Source of the DNA: a virus
Lineage: Duplodnaviria > Caudoviricetes
DNA: 64,000 nucleotides
IMG/VR virus record: IMGVR_UViG_2595698683_000001
Location: 6,237-70,236 of that record
Direction: 5' to 3' (one strand)
How positions within the stretch are numbered: the first letter of the stretch is position 1; every line of letters starts with the position of its first letter. The notes beneath the pieces are model-generated. The model worked only from the letters and a program-made list of their open reading frames with translations, had not been told where the DNA came from and made no database searches. The position numbers and the translations under genes are program-made. Of this stretch, positions 57,675-64,000 are shown one piece after another.

Positions 57675-58003
57675 CAGTTGCCCTCCAGCTTGGCGCGCAG
57701 TGCGGCCAGGTCGGCGTCGTCCAGCGGCGGCACGATGGGCGGCAGGATCAGGGGCATTCCCGCGTCGTGCGTGTTGCACCAGACCGCGACCGGCTCATCG
57801 GCCCCGCTGTAGTCGAACATCAGGCGGCAGCCCAGCTGAGCGTGGACACCGACCTCGGGGTTCATGTTGGGCAGCCAGCCGTTCGGCGGTGCTGCCTCGG
57901 TCTCCCGGTGGGTGAGCAGCTGGGCGATGTCCTCCAGGGCCTGGACGGCGCGCTTGGCCAGCGTCATGGCGTCACGGGTCGGGCCGGGCAGCAGGTTAAC
58001 CAT
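57674..58003 (-). CDS. Hypothetical protein
   Basis: GAAAGGA RBS. Confidence 0.6.
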   Translation of the reverse strand: MVNLLPGPTRDAMTLAKRAVQALEDIAQLLTHRETEAAPPNGWLPNMNPEVGVHAQLGCRLMFDYSGADEPVAVWCNTHDAGMPLILPPIVPPLDDADLAALRAKLEGN

Positions 58004-58259
58004 GGTTGGGGCGTCCTTTCGACGTGAGGGGTAGGCCAGCCCGCCGGAGCGTGGCGATGGCGTTCTTGAGGCTGCGCACGTCGCTGGGCGTGCTGGGGAA
58101 CACGGTGGTCAGCACCCCGTCGATGTACACCTTGTGGTGCCCTCGGTGGGATTTGACCTCGCCGCCCACCGCGATGATGGAGCTGACGAGTGCGCGTACC
58201 TCGGGGTGCGTCCCGCCTGCGCGTTTGCGCCCGCAGCCGGGTATCGGTTGGTTGGCCAC
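57996..58259 (-). CDS. HicA-like toxin-fold protein
   Basis: GHHKV...V.PSTPSD.RSLKNAIATLRRAG; AAGGAGG RBS. Confidence 0.65.
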   Translation of the reverse strand: MANQPIPGCGRKRAGGTHPEVRALVSSIIAVGGEVKSHRGHHKVYIDGVLTTVFPSTPSDVRSLKNAIATLRRAGLPLTSKGRPNHG

Positions 58260-58276
58260 GCGGGCCTCCTTTCGGT

Positions 58277-58301
58277 GGTGGGCCGGGCCTTCCGGCCCAC
58301 C
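58277..58301. terminator. 10-bp intergenic stem-loop
   Basis: GGTGGGCCGG-N5-CCGGCCCACC. Confidence 0.5.
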
Positions 58302-58310
58302 GAGTAGGTC

Positions 58311-58595
58311 TTACTCGTTGACGGCGTTCATCCAGGTGATGGCCCGCATGGCGTCGGCGGCGCTGGCACCACCCTCACCCGTGCCCACGATCACGATGCG
58401 CTCGACGCGCCCGTTGTGGACGTAGGTACCGCGCAGCACCATGTCGAACTGGAGGTCATCCAGCGTGATGGTGCGGTGCAGCGCCTCGGCCACGCGCAGC
58501 ATGGAATCCATCGACTCGGCGGGGTCGGTGGACTCGATGTCCACCTGCGTGCCGCGTGAGGTGAGGATCGAGAAGGTGAGGGGCTTGCTGAGCAT
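58311..58595 (-). CDS. Hypothetical protein
   Basis: AAGGAG RBS directly after a cassette. Confidence 0.7.
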   Translation of the reverse strand: MLSKPLTFSILTSRGTQVDIESTDPAESMDSMLRVAEALHRTITLDDLQFDMVLRGTYVHNGRVERIVIVGTGEGGASAADAMRAITWMNAVNE

Positions 58596-58617
58596 TGCTG
58601 GCTCCTTGGGTCGCGGC

Positions 58618-58678
58618 GGCGGGGCTGTCCCGCCTGGCTGATGTATGAACACTAACCCGACTAAGGCGGGTAAGTCAA
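58618..58678 (-). promoter_or_regulatory. Promoter cassette copy 4 (inverted core)
   Basis: TTGACT-N18-TAGTGT, core ACTAAGG on +, hairpin 58618-58634. Confidence 0.85.
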
Positions 58679-58848
58679 GAGCTTCTACCAGCGAAAATAG
58701 ATGGATCAACGGCGTGACGGCGCACCATGCCGTCGGCACGCTCGGCCCAGTGCTTACCGCACACCGCGCAGTAAGCATGACCCCGAAAGGTGCGGGCCGG
58801 GGCCTTGCCAGACCCCGGACACCGCACCCGATCAGTTGCGCCCGGCAT
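58675..58848 (-). CDS. Small Cys-containing protein
   Basis: CPGSG...CAVCG...H. Confidence 0.5.
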   Translation of the reverse strand: MPGATDRVRCPGSGKAPARTFRGHAYCAVCGKHWAERADGMVRRHAVDPSIFAGRSS

Positions 58849-59020
58849 TCCATGCAGCAGGCAGAAACCCGCCACCGACGATCCACGTGTGCAGGCCCAT
58901 GAAGCGCTCGGCCAGCGCTGTCGCGTCCTGCCCCAGGTTGTCGGGGTAGGTGTCGGCCTCGTCGTTGAGCACGGCGTTCGCGTAGTCGATCAGCTCAGCC
59001 AGGGCGGCGTTCGGGTCCAT
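58832..59020 (-). CDS. Hypothetical protein
   Basis: GGAGG RBS; MDPNAAL...GGFLP.AW. Confidence 0.65.
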   Translation of the reverse strand: MDPNAALAELIDYANAVLNDEADTYPDNLGQDATALAERFMGLHTWIVGGGFLPAAWNAGRN

Positions 59021-59229
59021 CAGGACACCTCCACCCACTGCATGACGACCTGGAGAGCGGCGTCGTAGCTGTCGGCGTCGGTGACCTCGTTGACGAACTG
59101 CGTCACCTCGGCCACGTGCCCGGCCGCACGCAGCGCCTTGCTGACCTTGCCGATGATGAAGAACACGTTGCCGTCCTGGCCGGTGAGCTGCACGTGCACA
59201 TCGGGAAACTTGGGTGCGGTACCGGCCAT
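59020..59229 (-). CDS. Hypothetical protein
   Basis: LTGQDGNVF.IIG.V..AL motif; TGATG coupling. Confidence 0.7.
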   Translation of the reverse strand: MAGTAPKFPDVHVQLTGQDGNVFFIIGKVSKALRAAGHVAEVTQFVNEVTDADSYDAALQVVMQWVEVS

Positions 59230-59852
59230 CAGTAGCCGCCCTCGCGCTCGCGGCCAAACGGGCTACCGGGGCCGAAAACCACGCCACCGGCCGCAAACCC
59301 TCCGCGCCCGCCGCCACCGGCCCCACCGTGGGCCTGGGGCACCTCTGCGCGGACCAGCGGGTCGACCACGCTGCCGGGGCTGTAGCTGCCCAGCACCCGG
59401 CCGTAGGCACCCATGCGTTCGGCAACCGGGGCCTCGTCGTCGGGCATCGGCCCGAGCAGCTCGCTTTCGGTCATCAGGTGCAAGCTCGGCCAGTTGGCCT
59501 CACCGATGAACTGGAGCAGGCCAGCCCAGTTCATCCGGTCAGTGTTCTGGCCCGTGACGGTCCAGCGCACCGCGCCGCCGACGCGCCAACCAACAGCGGC
59601 GTAGGCGTACTCCCGACCAGCCTGGTACTTGGTGAACGCCACCACGGCACGGTCACCCGCACCGCCCAGCGCGGGCTGCTTGGGCTTGCGGGCCTCTCGG
59701 CGCGCCAGCTCGGCCTCGGCCACGGCACGGTCAACCTGGCTGGCCTGCTCCAGCAGCTGCGCCGCCTGGGAGCGCAGTGCTGCCGCCGACATCAGCTGGG
59801 ACGGCAGCGACGGCTCCACGGTGGCCTTCTCGCCTTCGTTGTCGTTGGACAT
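59229..59852 (-). CDS. Hypothetical protein
   Basis: AAGGAGG RBS plus CACAACCAC. Confidence 0.7.
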   Translation of the reverse strand: MSNDNEGEKATVEPSLPSQLMSAAALRSQAAQLLEQASQVDRAVAEAELARREARKPKQPALGGAGDRAVVAFTKYQAGREYAYAAVGWRVGGAVRWTVTGQNTDRMNWAGLLQFIGEANWPSLHLMTESELLGPMPDDEAPVAERMGAYGRVLGSYSPGSVVDPLVRAEVPQAHGGAGGGGRGGFAAGGVVFGPGSPFGREREGGY

Positions 59853-59881
59853 GGGTGTTCCTCCTTGGTGGTTGTGGTGGT

Positions 59882-60106
59882 TTACGGGGCCTCGTCAGCC
59901 GGGCCGGAGCCGTAGCTGCTGGGGTGCTTGGCGTCCTTGCAGCGGCTGTTCTTGCCCGCCATGCCGATGCCGTGCTTGGCGTTCACGAACGCGGGGTTCA
60001 TGCACGCTTGGTCGTAGACGGGGTACTGGCCGGTCTCGGCGCTGGCGGTCGCGGCACCGAACAGGGCCATGCCTGCGGTGAGTGCGGCGGCGATCAGGTA
60101 CTTCAT
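59882..60106 (-). CDS. Small secreted protein
   Basis: Signal peptide MKYLIAAAL...ASA-E; AAGGAGG RBS. Confidence 0.7.
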   Translation of the reverse strand: MKYLIAAALTAGMALFGAATASAETGQYPVYDQACMNPAFVNAKHGIGMAGKNSRCKDAKHPSSYGSGPADEAP

Positions 60107-60208
60107 GGTGGTTCCTCCTTGGTTGTGGTGGTTGGGTACTGCGTTGGTTGGGGGTGCCGGGCGGGCGCACGGTGGGAGCACCACCACCACCGCCCGGCAC
60201 CGGTCTAA

Positions 60209-61261
60209 CTACACCGGCAGCAAGGCGCTGAACGCCTTGGCCTTCATGTTGCCGATGTCGCTGCTCATCAGGGTGCGCTGGGCGCGGCGAATGGCTGCCT
60301 CCTCGCCCTCGGCACCGGTCACGGGGCGGTGGTGGTCCAGGTACTCGGTCACCGCGTTGTACACCCCGAACGCCGTGCCACGGAACGGGGCCACGGTGTC
60401 GGCGGTGCGGTACAGGTCGACCACCTCGGCGGCGCGCAGCTTGCGGCTCTCGGCCTGCTTCTCGGTGGTGGCACCGGGCACGTTCCAGATGTCCTCCAGC
60501 ACCTCCAGCACCTGCACCGGGTTCATCTCCCGCTTGATCAGCAGTTCGCACTGCTCCACGAACGTGTCGCGGTAAGCGAAGGTCAGGCCCAGCAGCTGGC
60601 GCACCTCGGCCAGGCGCTTGTCCGGCTCGCCCGTGTGGCGCAGGCTCACGCAGCTGCGGGCGGCGTGCTCGGCCATCCGCTGCGTGTTGGCGCACACGAT
60701 GCGCACCGGGCTGATGATGGCCCGCAGCGCGTCCTCGCCCGTGTGGTTGTTCAGGATGCTGATGTACAGGTCGGTGATGTCCAGCTCCCCGGTCACGGGG
60801 CTGCGGAACTCCATATGGGCGGGCATCTTCATCGTGACGAAGGTGTCCCGGCCACCGCGCAGCGCGCCGATGGTCTCGATGTGCGCGCCGCCCTCGTCCA
60901 CGATCTGGCTGAGCAGCGCGGTGGTCTGCTCGTTCTGGAACGGGGTCCAGCGGTTGCCGACCACGCCCAGGGCCTCGGTGCCGCCGTTGACCGGGTTCGT
61001 GCGGACCACCACGTGGCGGTCAGGCACCGGCAGGCTGATCGTTGCGCCCTCTTCGCCGGACTGGTCGGGCACCTCGGCCGTCAGCGGCACCTTGCGCACG
61101 TCCCAGCCGCGCATGTGGGCGGCGTCCAGGGCCTCGTCGGTGGTCATCAGATGGCCGACCGGGGTGCCAAGCTTATGCCAGGCGTCCACCAGCCCGTTGG
61201 CGTCGGTGCGGCTGTCGGCAAAGCTGGTGATGCCGTCGGTGGTATCGAGTTCGTGGGCCAT
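60209..61261 (-). CDS. DUF932/TIGR03299-family protein
   Basis: MAHEL...AWHKLG, QNE, G.LRGGR, PVRIVCANT, RHT, GTAFG.YNAVTEY.DH. Confidence 0.8.
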   Translation of the reverse strand: MAHELDTTDGITSFADSRTDANGLVDAWHKLGTPVGHLMTTDEALDAAHMRGWDVRKVPLTAEVPDQSGEEGATISLPVPDRHVVVRTNPVNGGTEALGVVGNRWTPFQNEQTTALLSQIVDEGGAHIETIGALRGGRDTFVTMKMPAHMEFRSPVTGELDITDLYISILNNHTGEDALRAIISPVRIVCANTQRMAEHAARSCVSLRHTGEPDKRLAEVRQLLGLTFAYRDTFVEQCELLIKREMNPVQVLEVLEDIWNVPGATTEKQAESRKLRAAEVVDLYRTADTVAPFRGTAFGVYNAVTEYLDHHRPVTGAEGEEAAIRRAQRTLMSSDIGNMKAKAFSALLPV

Positions 61262-61285
61262 GGTGTTGCTCCTTTGTTGGTGGGT

Positions 61286-61345
61286 GGCGGGGCGGTCCCG
61301 CCTGCTGATGTGAACACAGTAACCCGACTAAGGCGGGTAAGTCAA
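61286..61345 (-). promoter_or_regulatory. Promoter cassette copy 5 (inverted core)
   Basis: TTGACT-N18-TACTGT, core ACTAAGG, hairpin 61286-61302. Confidence 0.85.
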
Positions 61346-61367
61346 GCGCTTCTAGCAGGCAATTTAG

Positions 61368-61523
61368 TCAGAAACTGCCCATCAGGTAGCCCACCGGGAT
61401 GGCCAGCGCGCACGTCACCGTGAGCACCGCGCACACCAGCTCGGTCATGCTGTCCCGCCGGGAGAAGTGCAGGCCCACGCTGGCCAGCAGGCTGACCGCC
61501 ACCAGGACCAGCGGGCCGGTCAC
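61368..61523 (-). CDS. 51-aa membrane protein (absent from the ORF track)
   Basis: GTGA overlap, AGGAGG RBS, two hydrophobic segments. Confidence 0.55.
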   Translation of the reverse strand: MTGPLVLVAVSLLASVGLHFSRRDSMTELVCAVLTVTCALAIPVGYLMGSF

Positions 61524-61855
61524 CAGGGGCCTCCTGCCGCCAGGTTGAACCAGGTCTCCCGGCGCTGCTCGGGCGTCGGCTCGGGCTCCAGCACGGCAAT
61601 GGTGTTCTCCCCAATCAGCACGTACCAGGGCACCGGGTCCGGCCCGTTGTCGACCATGGCGGCGAACAGCCCGCCATCGGTGGCGCGGTACACCGCCTCG
61701 GCACGCTCACGGCGCGTATCAGCGGCCAGCTGCGCCGCCCAGGCGATGTGCGCGGCGTCCTGGGCCAGGGCCTCGGCCTTGCGCCGCTGGCGCGCCCTAC
61801 GGCCGAACAGCCCGCAGGCCGGGCACCATACGGCGTGTTCCACGTGAAACTTCAC
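61520..61855 (-). CDS. Hypothetical protein
   Basis: GTGA overlap; WCPACG. Confidence 0.55.
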   Translation of the reverse strand: MKFHVEHAVWCPACGLFGRRARQRRKAEALAQDAAHIAWAAQLAADTRRERAEAVYRATDGGLFAAMVDNGPDPVPWYVLIGENTIAVLEPEPTPEQRRETWFNLAAGGPW

Positions 61856-62208
61856 GGCATAACCACCTTGAACTCGTTGCGGAGCAGACACTGGCGCTTG
61901 CCCCTGGGCTTGACGAGGCAGTACAGCGGGGTGCCGTCTGCCGTGGTGGTGATCATGCTGACGCGGCACCGCAGGCCCGCGTACTCGGCAACATCGTTGA
62001 CCACCGGCACCACCGTGTACGCATCGCTGATGTCGATCAGCCGGGCGTGGGCGGCGCGCTGGCACGCCTGCTGGGCTTCGGCCTTGGTGCCGCATACGGC
62101 GGTGAAGTCCGGCCCGCTGGCTGTCCAGATCGGTCGGTGCGTGTCCAGGCTCAGGATGGCGTAGGGGCCTGCGGTGTAGTGCCCCGGCCGCACACGCGCC
62201 CACTTCAT
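61852..62208 (-). CDS. Hypothetical protein
   Basis: ATGA overlap. Confidence 0.6.
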   Translation of the reverse strand: MKWARVRPGHYTAGPYAILSLDTHRPIWTASGPDFTAVCGTKAEAQQACQRAAHARLIDISDAYTVVPVVNDVAEYAGLRCRVSMITTTADGTPLYCLVKPRGKRQCLLRNEFKVVMP

Positions 62209-62342
62209 GCGGGCACCTGCTTGGGGAACATCGCCAGGGTGGCCTGGTCACCGCCGACGCGGTAGATCATCCCCAGCGCGCAGTCCACGATCACCGTTTC
62301 CGGCGAGTACGGGCCTTCGTCTGCGAGGTAGTGCATGGTCAT
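62205..62342 (-). CDS. 45-aa hypothetical protein
   Basis: ATGA overlaps at both ends. Confidence 0.5.
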   Translation of the reverse strand: MTMHYLADEGPYSPETVIVDCALGMIYRVGGDQATLAMFPKQVPA

Positions 62343-62578
62343 GCTCCCTTCTGGGCGGCGCGGGCCACGCGGTGGATGTGCCACCAGGCGGCGTTCTCGT
62401 TCAGCTCAAAGTCGACAATGCGGCTGGCCAGTGCCCACTGGGCGTCCTCCCCATCCAGGTGGTTCTCCAGGGTGCTGGTGATGCCCTGGCCCACCGGGCA
62501 GGCAGGCTCGTGGTCGTTGACATACCCGGCGCAGCTGTCGCAGCTGGGAGGTTCGGTGATGTCGGCGGGGTCGTACAT
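62339..62578 (-). CDS. Hypothetical protein
   Basis: GAGGAGG RBS; CDSC...H...CP. Confidence 0.6.
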   Translation of the reverse strand: MYDPADITEPPSCDSCAGYVNDHEPACPVGQGITSTLENHLDGEDAQWALASRIVDFELNENAAWWHIHRVARAAQKGA

Positions 62579-62583
62579 GGCGG

Positions 62584-62913
62584 CTATGCCTCCTCGGACT
62601 GGATGCGGGCGATGGCTGCGGCGGCGTCCTTGGCGCTGGGCACCGACCGCACGTAGATGATGGAGCTGCCCGGCGACAAGTCGACCTGATAACCGATGGC
62701 GATCATGTCGTCGGCCAGCAGCTTGGCCTTGCGGACGTTGGCGCTGTCCAGGTCGCTGACGCTAACCCAGACGTTGGCCGGGATGCTGCGCCCGTTGCCC
62801 CGGTGCACGGAGTAACCGGCCCGGTGGATCGGTTGCGTGATGATGCCGAAGTCGCGGCGCAGCGCCCGGCTGACGACCGGTGCTGCGGGGAACGGGCTGG
62901 CGGGCTTGGACAT
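62584..62913 (-). CDS. Hypothetical protein
   Basis: AGGAGG RBS directly after a cassette. Confidence 0.7.
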   Translation of the reverse strand: MSKPASPFPAAPVVSRALRRDFGIITQPIHRAGYSVHRGNGRSIPANVWVSVSDLDSANVRKAKLLADDMIAIGYQVDLSPGSSIIYVRSVPSAKDAAAAIARIQSEEA

Positions 62914-62934
62914 TGCGGGCCTCCTGGTAGCGGT

Positions 62935-62995
62935 GGCGGGGCGGTCCCGCCTGGCTGATATGAGCACACTAACCCGACTAAGGCGGGTAAGTCAA
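62935..62995 (-). promoter_or_regulatory. Promoter cassette copy 6 (inverted core)
   Basis: TTGACT-N18-TAGTGT, core ACTAAGG, hairpin 62935-62951. Confidence 0.85.
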
Positions 62996-63047
62996 GACCT
63001 TGGCAGGGCCAGGACCAGGCAATTTGCCCGGCCCCGGCCCTGGAGGC

Positions 63048-63764
63048 TTACGCCTCGTCCTTGGCGGCAGCCTTGCGGACGGCGCGGCGCTCGCGGCGCT
63101 TGGCCAGCCGCTCGGCCTTGGCGTCGGCGGTCTCGTTGGCGCGCTTGGCTGCCCGGCGGGCGGCGCGGCGGGCCTTGCGGACAGCCACCTTGTCGGCGTC
63201 GGCAACCTCGGCCTCGACCTGCTCGATGGTGGCGTCGGCCTCGGGCTCGACCTCGGTGGTGTCCAGGTCAGCCAGGGCCTCCTCCAGCTCGCCCTCGGGG
63301 TCGGCAGCCTCGACCGGCTGGGGCTCAGGGTCGGCGGCAACCTCGGGGAACTCAGCCAGGATGTCGGCCACTGCGTCGGCTGCGTTGTCGTAGACCGTGA
63401 CGTTGGCCTTGACATGCTTGCCCTTCTTGGCTTTCGGCGCGTTCTTGGCCTCGATCAGCGCGTTGATGGCCTCCTCCTGCCAGCCGTCGTCAGCCGAGAA
63501 GTCACCGACCTCGACCACACCCTGAACGCTGGTGGGCACGGCCGGAACGACCTCGGCACGGTAGCCGTGCTCGGCGAAGTATGCGCCGGTCTTGCCGCTG
63601 CCCGCCTTCGCGGCGGCGGCTGCGCTCTTGTGCCAGCTGTACGGACCCCAGCTGGTGCCGTCCTCGTTGCCGGTCATCAGGACGTGGGTGTAGGCCATCG
63701 ACCCCGTGGTGCGGGTGAAGGTGTCGCCGTTGGGGGCGGTGGCGGTGAAGGTGACAGTGGCCAT
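63048..63764 (-). CDS. Hypothetical protein with acidic linker and basic C-terminal tail
   Basis: AAGGAG RBS after a cassette. Confidence 0.75.
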   Translation of the reverse strand: MATVTFTATAPNGDTFTRTTGSMAYTHVLMTGNEDGTSWGPYSWHKSAAAAAKAGSGKTGAYFAEHGYRAEVVPAVPTSVQGVVEVGDFSADDGWQEEAINALIEAKNAPKAKKGKHVKANVTVYDNAADAVADILAEFPEVAADPEPQPVEAADPEGELEEALADLDTTEVEPEADATIEQVEAEVADADKVAVRKARRAARRAAKRANETADAKAERLAKRRERRAVRKAAAKDEA

Positions 63765-63789
63765 TTTGGGGCTCCTTGCGGTTGTGCGT

Positions 63790-63850
63790 AGCGGGGCGGT
63801 CCCGCTGTGCTGATGTGAACACACTAACCCGCCTTAGTCGGGTAAGTCAA
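63790..63850 (-). promoter_or_regulatory. Promoter cassette copy 7
   Basis: TTGACT-N18-TAGTGT, core CCTTAGT, hairpin 63790-63806 with a compensatory A-T outer pair. Confidence 0.85.
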
Positions 63851-64000
63851 GACGACCACGGAAACCAGTTTTTGCAGGTCAGGGGCCATCTTTTACGTCC
63901 ACCCCTGGTACCGCCCCCGGTGCCCGGCTCCGAATTTAGACTAACCCGGTATCCTCCGGCCTCGCAACTCCTCCGGTAGTCCCTCCGATATGCTCCGGCC

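Noticed and set aside
60150-60202. Intergenic stem-loop as a tRNA or ncRNA
   Set aside because: Simple GTGCCGGGCGG/CCGCCCGGCAC hairpin with no cloverleaf; more likely a terminator or processing site.
10010-63850. Repeated cassette as a CRISPR array or transposon ends
   Set aside because: Copies are kilobases apart with genes between them; no regular spacers, cas operon or transposase; each contains -35/-10 boxes.

Overview
The window is most of a GC-rich, apparently lytic actinobacteriophage genome whose gene order matches mycobacteriophage Cluster B (from recall, not a database search). 1-31.3 kb (+) is the virion operon: portal end, MuF/protease, two capsid proteins, a holin-like membrane trio, tail tube, connectors, a 2021-aa tape measure and minor tail proteins. 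31.1-33 kb (-) carries HTH genes and 33-36 kb (+) lysin A and lysin B. 36-49 kb (-) is replication: exonuclease, SF2 helicase, primase/helicase and Pol I. 49-64 kb holds many small accessory genes. I saw no integrase, tRNA or CRISPR array. Four signals stand out. (1) A ~60-bp promoter cassette occurs in 7 full and several partial copies: TTGACT-N18-TAGTGT with a palindromic operator in the spacer whose 7-bp core is found in both orientations, followed by a conserved leader hairpin. (2) A 74-aa accessory gene (51912-52136) is a diverged copy of a ~43-aa segment of the major capsid protein. (3) A CACAACCAC motif sits upstream of ribosome-binding sites and also marks in-frame internal starts. (4) A class of leaderless TANNNT promoters precedes rightward genes. 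All coordinates and alignments were read by eye.
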